From Sphagnum compactum (Eukaryota): a stretch of DNA of 64,000 bases. The position numbers and the translations under genes are program-made. Of the stretch, positions 13,912 to 25,200 are shown one piece after another (the first letter of the stretch is position 1; the number at the start of each line of letters is the position of its first letter). The stretch covers positions 7,988,213 to 8,052,212 of the forward strand of contig OZ234493.1 of assembly GCA_965153455.1 (NCBI GenBank), in the 5' to 3' direction. The notes beneath the pieces were generated by a model. The model ran no database searches and had not been told where the DNA came from. It saw only the letters and a list, made by a program, of their open reading frames with translations.

Positions 13912-14356
13912 TAGGGCACCTAAAACGTCCACATGGCGCAACATATATAATCGTTTTTTTTGTTTTGCATTTGTCACTTTCCTATGTTTTCTTCAATTGT
14001 TCTTTTTCCAAAAAGGCACTAAACATTTTTTGGGGGGTCGTAACAACTATGTACAAAGGACCATTATTTTCCATTGAAACATTTGACATCCTTGGTATTC
14101 AACTAACAACAATGTTATGCCTCATTGTCATTTTATGTGAAAGTGGGGGAACGCCAAGAATGGTGGCCACATCAAATGAAGGTTTAATTAAAATTGGAGT
14201 TCCCCACAAAGATTCCAAGGTCAACCAAAAGACAATTTCCAATAATCAATCTTGGTATTTATCACCAAACCCACTATCCTCATGGAGGCTAGTAACAGGC
14301 CACCGGGATTGAGCCTGTTGGATACCAAAATCATTAAATGGGATATTCCCAAAAAT

Positions 14357-15190
14357 GGGATATGCCTATTAGAAATGTTTGGAAGCATTAGTTATGGGTT
14401 AGTTGTGATTTTACGGTCTAACATCCAAGTTCATAAATATCATTATGTGGAGAGGGAACCACAAACCAAACAAGCCTCCATGTGTCATACCATGATGTTG
14501 CAACAACATTATCCCAACTTGTTACCAACATTAGTCATATAGGGTGACCGACATACCCTATTGAACAACATCACATTGTTGGGGGTACTATATTTGGTTA
14601 GGATTAAGGGCCTATTGATTTGGTTATTTTACAATGGTTGTGCCAAGGTCTTTCACAAGTTGACACATGTCAAACACCTTTAGACCCTAAATTAGGCTTA
14701 TTTTGGGAATTGATTTAGATTTTACAATATTCGTAGGCTACACAAATGCGCCCATATGCATACTTGTTAAAAAATGTCCCACCATTTGAATAATCTCCAT
14801 TAGTTATGTTAGTAGGATTACAATAACTTTAGGTTTAGATCAACAAATTAATGTATATGTGAATGCTATAGTAGTCATTTTACATGCTCGTTAGTGCCAA
14901 TGAATGTGGATTAACCTAACACCACCATAGGTGATATAATGAACATATCAATTCATCTTTAGGTCACCTGCATGTTTAATGAATAACATACTAAATCCAT
15001 GACAACAGTCATGTTTAGATTGTCATGATGACCGACCACCTTTTGTTGTGGTCAATAAGGTTAGACTTCAATCTTCAACAACCCTATCCACATTTTTGAG
15101 TTTTCCCCTATGACATGCATTTTGTGATGGAGGCCAAAGGATGATTTGGGATTCTAATTCATTTAATGTGGAGGAGCCTAATGCGATGAA
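14357..15190 (+). pseudogene. C5 cytosine DNA methyltransferase (DNMT3-like catalytic domain) relic inside the retrotransposon pol region
   Basis: Motif I GICLLEMFGSISYG (14357, cf. LxLFxGIG); motif II-like YHYVE; motif IV GPIDLVILQWLCQGLSQ (14608-14658, cf. GPFDLVIGGSPC, with the catalytic Cys TGC kept at 14641); GLFWEL; motif VI YLLKNV (14761, ENV with G>A); motif VIII-like HAR*CQ*MWINL (14883-14918, cf. AHRARYFWGNL); ends EEPNA. Motifs IX-X appear to be deleted. Confidence 0.8.
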
Positions 15191-15249
15191 ATTGATTTAA
15201 TAATTATAAAAGGTCAAATGCATAAAACAAGATGGTTATTACATGATCA

Positions 15250-16620
15250 CATTGGATGTTTTGCCTTTAGTTTGAAGGAATTAAGTCAATTAAAAAGACA
15301 AGTGGTCCCAATCATATCGAAAAATGGTAATCCAATTTTAGGCAACATTATAGGCTCAATGTGGTGGAAAGAACCTTGGTCCAAGCTTAAACAACAGAAT
15401 TGCTAGTTGTTAGATGCTAGTTTGGTAGAATTATTTAAATGTGGATATGCTTTAATAATAATGCTACTAGCCAATAAAGAAAATTTTGACAATTAAATAG
15501 AATATTAGCGCATGTGAAAGTTATTATCCAATGAACAAGTGAACACACTTTGAGAAATGTTCCATTCCGTTATTGGAGGATATTTTTGACACCTTTGGGC
15601 AAATCGGCCAAAGTTTTTAGCACCTTAAACTTGTGGTTTGGTTGCCAATGAAGGAGGGTGACAAGGTCAAGATAACATTTTGAGAGATAAATCATGATGG
15701 GAAGGATTGTTTATTATACCAATGGAAAATTTGCCCTTTGGTTTGAAAAATATCCTTGCAAAATTCCAAAAGATCATGGATTGGGTGTTAGTAGGTTTTA
15801 GTTTTACTAAGTGTTAAATAAATGATATCGTGTAGTCATCAATTTGGCATTATGTGATCATATGAAACACCTATAAAAGGTGTTTAGGAAGCTTAAAGAA
15901 CATAACCTCAAGCTTCTTCTAAGCAAATATTGATTTTTCCACACTTAGGTGCAATATTGAAGCATATGATTTATCTAGGTGGGTTGGTGGTTTAAAAGGC
16001 CAAGGTTGAAGCCATTTCATAAGTTCCCTAACCATTGGATGTTAGTCAATTGTGAACAATTTTGGGCTTGTGTCATTATTTTCATCAATTTATCAAAAAA
16101 AATAAAAACATCACCAAACCTTTGATTTAGTTAACTTGGATCAACCAAAAGTACATTTGGGGTGAAACACATGAGTAAAGATGGTAGGAATTGAAGGATT
16201 GGTTCACTTTTATGCCCATTTAATTTGCAGCAATCCATTTGGTGCAACCTTTTTAATTATATATAGATTGAAACACCCCAAGCCTAGGGTTAGGAGCACA
16301 ACATTCACTTAACTTGACAATGATGGTTCAAACTTGGTTTACGCTAATCGGTCCTACAACAAGACAAAGGCAAAATATAGTTCATATGAGGGGGAATGCT
16401 TCATAATTGTTTAAGTTGTTTCATCATTTTAATGTTATCTTTATACTAGTTTTTTCACATTAGTTAAAGATCACCATCCACTCAAGTTTTTGTTCAAATT
16501 AAATTGTTTCACAAGAAAGTTAGCTAGGTGGGTTGTTATTTTGTAGGAATATGATTTTGACATATTTCATCGAATGGTAGGGTTAATCAAAACATCAATG
16601 GATTAAATTGAAATCCAAGT
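15250..16620 (+). pseudogene. Reverse transcriptase and RNase H relic (Gypsy)
   Basis: GCFAFSLKEL...YRLNVVERTLV...IPLLEDIFDTFG..AKVFSTLNL...EGDKVKITF...LPFGLKN...FQKIMDWVL...C*INDIV (YIDD site). RNase H: YANRSYNKTKAKYSSYEGEC...FTLVKDHHPLKFL...KLARWVVIL*EYDFDIFHR. Confidence 0.9.
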
Positions 16621-16779
16621 TCCAATGAGGAGGATACCACTAGGGCTCAAAGGCAATACTAGGATGGCATGCCTTTACATAACTATGTACCTTTTTGGGG
16701 TGTTTTAGGGATGGACCTCATATTAACATGGGTAATAGGGGTTCTCAGGATGTGGACATTGAGTTAAAGGGAAATAACT

Positions 16780-19700
16780 TTAGACATACATGAAAATGTT
16801 ATTGCATATTTACAAATAGGTGAAGTTTTGGTTGAATTGACACCTAAAGAATGTGATCAAGTTATGCATAAGGCTAAAAAATTCAAGTGAAATTGTAATT
16901 CCTTCTCACAAGTGTGGATGTATGAAAAAATGCAAGTTATGTTTTGCTTAGAACAATGTGAAGGCCTTGTGTAATATGCTCATGAACAATTGGGCCATTT
17001 TAAGGTTTGATGGACCTACAATTTGGTCCAAGTATATTGGTGGTGGGAGATGCAATTACAAGTTCAACAGTTTGTTTCCTGGTGTGTGATGTTTGACCAA
17101 TTGTGGGTGTCATTCAACACACTTGCATTTCACCTATAACCTTTGCCCATCATGGTTTGGATTTTGTCACCCATTGAATTTGATAATGCAACATAGCCAA
17201 TATGTTTTGGTTATGATTAAACAATTTTGAAATGACTAAAGTTGGTGCCATCACTGAATCGTAGTAGTCAAGGTGCTACCTATGTTTTTTTGGATAATGT
17301 ATTCATTAAGTTTGGGGCTCTAATCAAAGTACTAATGACCAAAATACAAAATTTTATTATGAATTCCAAGAGTTATGAATTAACACACTAATTGATCATT
17401 GCACAACTTCATGATATCATGTTGAAGTAGATGGGTTAGTTGAATAAATGGTGTAGATGGTGAAATCAGGTTTGCAAAAATATGGGTTCCAAAAGGGCCA
17501 TATTAGAGATTGGGATTTGTCAATATTATTGTTAGCCATGGGGTTATAGGTTTAATTAACAAGTTTTTTTAACATCTTTTTCACCATATTTTCTATTGTT
17601 TAATCATGAGTTTGAGTTACCAGCTTCAATATAACAAGATGCCATGGTAATAATGAAGTTAGATGATACAATTGTGTGGTTTTAGGCATGTGAACAATGA
17701 CCAACCTTGTTTTGACATGTAATGCCAATGGCTATGGAAAATCTAGTAATTGCTTAACATAAGGAAACATTACATTACGCCACTATTTGTGGAGGTGGTT
17801 ATCAACCTTGAGTTCATAAACAACACAAACTACATTGGATCATTAGAAAAAAATTGAAAATCAATGAGTGAATTTGAGACTCATTTATAATTGTAATGGC
17901 CACATGCGATTAAAAATAGCCTAGTTGCTTTGGACAAGTGTTATAAAACAATTAGTTGCAAAATATATGACATGGCCATGAAGTTGAAACTGTAGTTGCA
18001 AACCTTACAACTAGGCCAAAATTTCTCATCCATTGCCATGGATGATCTTTAGTATGACATGGAACCCCAATTTGTGACTACATTTGGGATAGTCACATGC
18101 TACCAAATGTGCCATTGATGGGTGGTTAGGATTTAACCACATGGTAATTTAAAAAGCCAATGGCCATAAAACATGTGACAATTTTCCATTTGTTCAAAAA
18201 AGATATATTATATACAGTAATTAAATATTAAAATTACAATTAAAATAATTATTTATTTTAAGTAATTAATTATAACCTATTCTAGGCTAAGCTAAGGTAA
18301 AATAGGTTAGCTAGCATAGGCTAAGTAGGTAGGTAGGATCCTATTTATTTTGTTGGGGGCAAGCCTTTTGATTGGTTCATCCCAAATGGCACATGCATTA
18401 TGTTTATAATGCATATTATGAATCTAGTCCATTCCTTCACCTACTTATTATACTTTACAAGTTTGAAATTGTAAACAAAAGACATGTGACAATTCTAATG
18501 AAAGGGAAATACTACAACACTACAACACTATCACATCTTTGTCTCATACAAAAACATTATCATATATTCACACAATAAAATATTTATTATTTTCACTAAC
18601 TATTTACTACCTATCCTACTTACTACCTACTACCTACAAATTAACCTACCATATTAATTAATCAATTAATATAAAAACATTATGACATATCCACAAAATA
18701 AAATACCTTTTGCTTAGCTTACTTACCTACGTACTACCTAATAGTACCCATCCTACTTATTACATATTACCTAGCCTAACTAATTAATTGATTAAGTACC
18801 TAACCTAATTAATTAATTAATTAGTATGAAAACATGATCACATATTCACACAATAAACTAATAAACCTACCTATTATCTAGTTTACCAATTAATTAATGA
18901 CCTAACCTACCAACTACCTACCCAACTTATGTAACCTAATTAGGTCTAACCTTCATAGCCTAGCCTATTATCTACACCTAATAAACTAGCCTACTATTAC
19001 TTAGGCCAATTAATTAAGTATGCAAGCTAGGCTAGGCTACCAATGTACATAGGCCTACTTAGTTTAATGTAACCTATTAAGCTTAGTTAGCTTAGTTTAC
19101 CAACTAGGGTATGATAACCTTTTCTAACAAACTATTAGCTATTAGATATTATATTATGGAAGACCCATGGATAATTGCAAAGAAGACCCATGGATGGGTA
19201 CATTGAAGGGATAATAATCCAATTGAAATAACAAAATTGTCCTATGTGGTCTATGTTTTTTTGTTCATGTGGTAGAATATACTATTGTAATTGAAAAACC
19301 TTTCATTTGTAGTTGCAAAAATAACTATATTATCATCCATTGATGAATGCAATCAAAATTGGATGACATTGTTCACTTTTCATTTACATTTTCAATGAAA
19401 ATCATATTAGTCGTAAGTTTCTACAACTAAAATTTGGTTCAACCCTTCCTATAGTTGCATATGCAACTACAACAAGTTGCAATTGCATGGACATGTAGGA
19501 CTAACACATTGCTAGTTGTAAAATCAGTTGGTTTGAACATTAGTCGCCTAGTAATCAAAAAAATATGGCCACAATGGACAACATTTCTTCTAGTGATGTG
19601 ATTGTAAAGGGTGTTATTTTGCATGTGAATATGGTTTTTACCTCTTGAAATGTTGGTGTTGGAACGCCAAGATGGTTAAACATGAAAATACCACATGCAT

Positions 19701-19918
19701 AATTGCGCATTGTGTCATTTTTTTGATGTGAAATGGTTAAATTAACATGTTGTTAATGGTCAACTTTCTTGACCTCCAAGGTATGTTGTTGCGTGCAATC
19801 TTCAAGGACCGCCACTATGTTGATTTATGATCAATGTTCCCAAGGGTGGCATATGGAATATTTTATGCCCCCATTATAAGAAATATTGTTCGAAAAATGG
19901 TTTTACTTTTGGTGCACC
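16780..19918 (+). pseudogene. Integrase relic with a C-terminal PHD finger, split by the insertion at 17841-19595
   Basis: HHCC region AHEQLGHF...YWWWEMQLQVQQFVSWC; core YVLVMI...LKLVP...FGA...DQNTKF...DHCTTS*YHVEVDGLVE*MV. After the insertion: KYHMHNCALCH and TATMLIYDQCSQGWHMEYFMPPL*EILFEKWFYFWCT (19808-19918). Confidence 0.85.
17841..19595. mobile_element. Non-autonomous CACTA/EnSpm-like element with a 2-bp AT target duplication
   Basis: Termini CATTAGAAAAAAAT ... ATTTCTTCTAGTG; AT at 17839-40 and 19596-97; internal ACCTA/CCTAG-rich repeats. The empty site TTACATTGGATGTGATTGT is present in the second Gypsy copy (3302-3320, minus strand). Confidence 0.85.
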
Positions 19919-21921
19919 AAGGAGATTGTAAACCTAGGTACCTATACCTATGGTTACATAAAAAGACTATCTTAATTTCTTTCTTTATGATGATTCACAA
20001 TTGATTATGGATTTGGGGGATAATAGTTAGGAGATTACTGATGGGGCACCTAGACTATTGATCCTTTCATCTTAAAAAAACTGAAGTGTCCATACATCGT
20101 GGATTTCATAACAAGTGTTATATGTTGTTATTTGGCTCAAGGAAACCTTAGCCCCAAATAAGGGGATGGTTTAAATATGATGCGCCAATTAAATTCTTTT
20201 AATGTTATTTTGTGAGATGTGTGAATAGTGATAGGTGTAGGTGCCAATATGATAGCACATGACAAATGCTTATATTGGTAGTCTAAACCAAAATTGATCA
20301 GCCATGTAAACCTTAAAACCATCAACTTGAAAAATTGAAATCTAAAAAATTAGACTTAACCCTAAAACCAAAATGTTTTTGTTTTAAAAATATGTTTAAA
20401 CCCTTTAAAACCCGAAATCAAGGTGTCATCCTTTTTATGAAAAGCACTAAACCTAGACCTAATGATTCTTCTTTAAAAAAAACCCCAACCCAACCAACAT
20501 TAATTTTTTCATAGCGGGTTGAAAAATAGTGAGGTGAACATAGAAACCCTTTTGCTATCATTTGACCAAATTAATTACAATTGGAATAGTGGGTGAGCAG
20601 AAGACATGGAACCGTACCCGTAGTAGTTCATATGGAATATGGTGTGTTCACCCTTTCATGGAGCATGTAATTTTAGTCCAATAGGTTCTACAAGTGAACG
20701 ACACACATGGAAATTAAAGAGATGGGATGACAATGAACTCGAAAACTTCTCAGGAAGTTGGATTGGGGAACTTCCTCAAAGAACAATGGATGAATTTTTT
20801 TAAAAAGTGATAGAGTATAGACATATGAACTATGAACCCATGGAACTTCCAAGGGGGTTGGGGACGCCGCAAGGAAGTTATATGCCAACTTGTTACCTCC
20901 CCTATTGAAATATTGGATTATGGTCTGGTGAACTTCCTTGGGAAGTTGGCCATTAGGCAATGGATGAACTGAAGGAATTTCTCAAAATGGGGGGAATAGA
21001 ACATTGGAGAACTCAGAGAAAGATGGCCACCATCTCCCTTTCCTTCAATTTGGACTTGGAGTCACATTTAATTCATTGCACCTGTCTAGTGTTTGCCCAA
21101 AAGGGGGGTGTCTGTCCTAGAAGGAATGATTCTTTTACTGGCGATATTTCGCCAAATTTTGACCTGAAAAATATGGTTTCAACCTATACAAAGGATTATT
21201 TTTCATGCAAAAGAAAAAACCCAAATTTGCCAGATTTCAAAGGGAAAAAATCCAAACCACCAGATTTTTATGATAAGTTCCAGTAGGTAGCTAAGAATAT
21301 AGAAAGATTATATTTCTTTTATACTTTTGTATCTAATAAAGTTATTCATAAAGTCACCCTCACTTTCACCCCCTATCCCCTCTTTCAGTGATATCCTGAA
21401 AGTAATCAAATTTTATCAAATCTCAGTATGATTTGTTCGAGGGGTAATTATATTAGTTGTACAGGTAGGAGCAGTGAAAATATATGTAGCAGCAATGGAG
21501 GCGCTCAAAAAATAGGTTATGAAACTCAGTTTGGGTCCCAGTTATTTCGTATTATAAAATTTCATTCCCAGTTACGCATTTGAAGCCCTATTATGCCAAA
21601 ACTGGCGGTTCTCACCCCCTAATCGCCTGACTTCATGGATAACTTTAATATGTTGCCAAATTTGGTTACATTGTTTTCAGGATGATCACCACTTTGACTA
21701 CATTGCTAGATCTTGTAGTTTATGGTCACCAGTCTAGCAATATCGAACAAAAAAATAAAAATAAATCGATAAATAAATTGTTACTTCTAAAAATTACAAA
21801 TACCCTTTTACAAGAGTAATTCACCATTTAGTGGAAATCGGGCAGCCTTAAAATTTGGCTTGAAACAAGGCAAGACATTTGGGTAAGGTCCCACTTGTGT
21901 GGACCTTTTGCAAATGTGGGA

Positions 21922-22120
21922 CCTTAAAAAGGCCCTAAGGGTGTGGTACCTTAAAAAGGCCCTAAGGGTGTGGGACCTTCTCCCACCTCCCCTACACATA
22001 AGAATATTCCCCCCTACACAGCTGAATTCTCTTATATAGGACCATCATGAGTTGCCTTTTGCACGCTGAACAAATGTCGTGTAGTGAGCTCAGTCCTTGG
22101 GAGAGAGAGAGAGAGAGAGC
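21922..22120 (+). promoter_or_regulatory. Putative NPF core promoter: TATA-like box, (GA)n tract and upstream tandem duplication
   Basis: TATATA at ~22034, (GA)n at 22102-22119, and CCTTAAAAAGGCCCTAAGGGTGTGG twice at 21922-21973, all about 120-320 bp upstream of the ATG at 22243. Confidence 0.4.
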
Positions 22121-22242
22121 CAGAGAGAGGGGAGTGGTGGTTTCATACAGACACAAAAAATATCACTGTTTTCTAGTACAAAGAAACTCCCAGCTAGCAG
22201 GAACATCTCATTGACCTCTTTTTTCTTCAGTGAGCTTGTACC

Positions 22243-25200
22243 ATGGTGAGTATAATGACCAGCTTTTGTGGCTGGCTGGCTGGCTTGCTGGCTTGCTTGC
22301 TTGCTCCCTCCCAAATTTTAGATGAAGTTGGCATGATTTTTTCGGGCACCCAATTGGTTATTTGCTTGAATTGCAACAGAATTCTGATCTTTTTCTTATT
22401 TCCATCTTCACCATGGCAGCTGCATGCCTTTTTTTTAAAAAAAACTTCAAGTACAGAATTACAATTGATGACTTGCACTGATAGCTTTCAGGTTTCCAAT
22501 TGTGACATTTAGCCACAGAAAGTTTTAGTGGGTGGGTCAGAGTGCATTTGTTTTTATGAATGATCTCATCTTGTTTCTTGCTTTGTCTTCATCTATGGGC
22601 TGAATATTTTCACACTACTTCTTTTGTTTGTGAAAGAAGATTGAGAAGAGAGAGAGAGAGAGAGAGTAGTTGAATGATGAAAGATGCACAGGGGCACCCA
22701 CCCTTCAATTGTTCTTTGCTTGAATTGCAAAAGAATTTTTGCAATGTTCAGATTCTGATTTTCTTTAAATTCCTCATCACCATGGCCACACAGCATGGTT
22801 CTTACTTCAAGAATATAATGTACAATTGATAACTTGCTGGTAGCTTTCAGGTTTCCAATTGTGACAAGCCACAGATTTGGTGGTGATGAGACTCCAGAGT
22901 GAATTTGTTTTCATGAGGTCTTGTTCTTGCTTTGTCTTTGATGGGCTGATTTTCACACCACTTTTTGTTTGTGAAAGAAGATTGAGAGAGAGAGAGAGAG
23001 TTGGTACCCAATTGCTGAAAAATTTTTTGTTGTTGTTTGTCAATGTGGAGCAGTTGGGAAGCTTACAGACAGTTGCTGGCAACAGGAGCAATGGCCGCTT
23101 ATCTGCTCTTCACTCCCAGACACTTCCTCATGCTCAGCAGCAGCTGGTGGGAGATGGATCCCTGGACATTCATGGTCAACCATCTAACAAGGCCACTTCA
23201 GGACGTTGGAAAGCGGCTTATGTCCTAATGGGTGGGTAACTCCTGAGAACCCCAGAAAATCCTCATGTTCTAAAAGTTCGCTTATGATGACAATTGGTCA
23301 GTCCATCCCCTGCACTGCATGTACAGGAAGCTGATCAGATTGATGAAGTGGGAAAGAAGAAAATTCTTCAGAAGAAGTACTTATATATCTTCTGCTGAAA
23401 ATGCTGAGACTTCTTCTACTGTTATTGTTGTTGCAGCTACTGAGCTGTTGGAAAGAACTGCATACTATGGGATTGCTTTGAATCTTGTGACCTATTTGGT
23501 GACTGTACTCCACCAGGGTACTGGAGAATCCATCTCCATTGTGTATAACTGGTCGGGTACTGCTTGGATTCTGCCTTTGCTTGGAGGATTCCTCGCAGAT
23601 GCTTACTGGGGTCGCTATTGGACTATAACAGTATCTGCTGTGATTTATCTTATGGTGAGTGAGCCAAAAAAACCCATTTTTTATGTACAAAGAAAAGTTC
23701 ATGAATGTCCTTCCTCACAGTATTCTGTACCTATTACTGATGTTTGGCACAAAATAATTTGCAAAAGGTCTAGCTGAAAAAAGAGAATTATTGAAATTGT
23801 TGAAAATTGAAAACCATTCAGTTACTATCACAAATGCACAACACAAGATTTATTTTGCACACATATTCCTCAACTGTTGAACTTCTGGAAAAGTAAATTT
23901 GAAACTGCCAAACTTCATATTATTTTCTTTTATTTGGCAAACAAGTGCCCAAACATCAGTCATATTGTACCGTATTCTAGATTATGTTGAGATCTCTTGT
24001 AAAGAATCTATCTATGAAGGAAGGTAGTTTGTTTGTTAGGAGATCTCCCAAACCACAGTACCTCTTGCTGCATTCTTGTTATGGGTGAAAAGCCCTTATT
24101 GAGTAGGGGTGCAATTGGAGATGGTTCAGTGGTGTTTAGATTTATGTTGCAAGAGTTATCGAATATTGAACAATTTTGTCAAAAAAATATTTCAACGAAA
24201 TCAAACTAAATATTATGGGGAAATTTGGGCACACTCTTGATATTGTTGGAAAGCAATTGTTGCGTGATGAGTGAAATTTTGTTGGAGGTAAATCTGTAAT
24301 TCTCAGACCTAAGGTGAGGGGGAGAGATATTGAAATCTCTAGTAATAGAGATCTCTAGTAATTTTTGTCACTGAAAATTAATTTAATTTTCAAGTTTTAG
24401 AAAATTTCTGGAATCCACAATTGAACTCTATCATCAAGATTCTGTTCACAGTTGGGCCAAAGGCACACAGGCCACACTAGTGGCTATGGTGTGTTTGATA
24501 GAAAATGATTTTGCACTGTTGAAGATTTTGGAATGGAATTGTTTTTCTTGATGGGTGGGGTTGGTTCCTTCCTTCCTTTTCCTGTCTGCCTGCAGGGGCT
24601 GCTGCTGCTGACATTATCCGTGACTCTACATTCATTGAGACCTCCTCCATGCCCAACACTGGTGAATTGTGAACCGGCATCAACAACCCAAGTCAGCATC
24701 TTTTACTTTGCTCTGTATGTGATTGCCGTGGGAGTTGGAGGAATGAAACCGTGTCTTTCAGCATTAGGAGGGGATCAGTTCAACGAGGATGATGACTACG
24801 AGAGACCCATGAAACGCTCTTTCTTCAACTACTGGTGGCTTTCCATCGCTGGCGGCGGCTTAGTCTCCCTCACCATGCTAGTCTACGTCGAGGATCACGT
24901 CGGGTTTGGGTGGGGGTATGGGATTCCGACCGTCGGGTTTGGAATCGCGATTCTCATCTTTTTCTCTGGCACTCCTCGTTACCGCCACAAGCGCCCTTCT
25001 GGCAGCCCCCTCACACAAGTAGCGCAAGTCCTCGTTGCTGCTGTCCGCAACTACAATGTCGTTGTACCGTCTGGTGGCGCAAGTGAGCAGCTTTACGAGG
25101 TTTATGAGAGGGGGAAACGGAACCTTGTCCGCACCAATACTCTTCGGTAAGCTAAGCTGCTGTTTCGTCCATTGATTATTTATCAAAACTTCCACATTCT

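Larger units (their letters stand above)
11400..20190 (+). mobile_element. Degenerate Ty3/Gypsy LTR retrotransposon with domain order gag - C5 DNA methyltransferase - RT - RNase H - integrase - PHD finger
   Basis: Collinear pseudo-coding domains on the + strand (see sub-features). The RT-RH-INT order is diagnostic of Gypsy. Many stops and frameshifts plus nested insertions. LTR boundaries could not be defined, so the ends are approximate. Confidence 0.85.

Noticed and set aside
20688-21286. ORFs of 90-108 aa with GELP words (LRR-like)
   Set aside because: No LRR periodicity, and the second half of the 108-aa ORF is a dispersed repeat.
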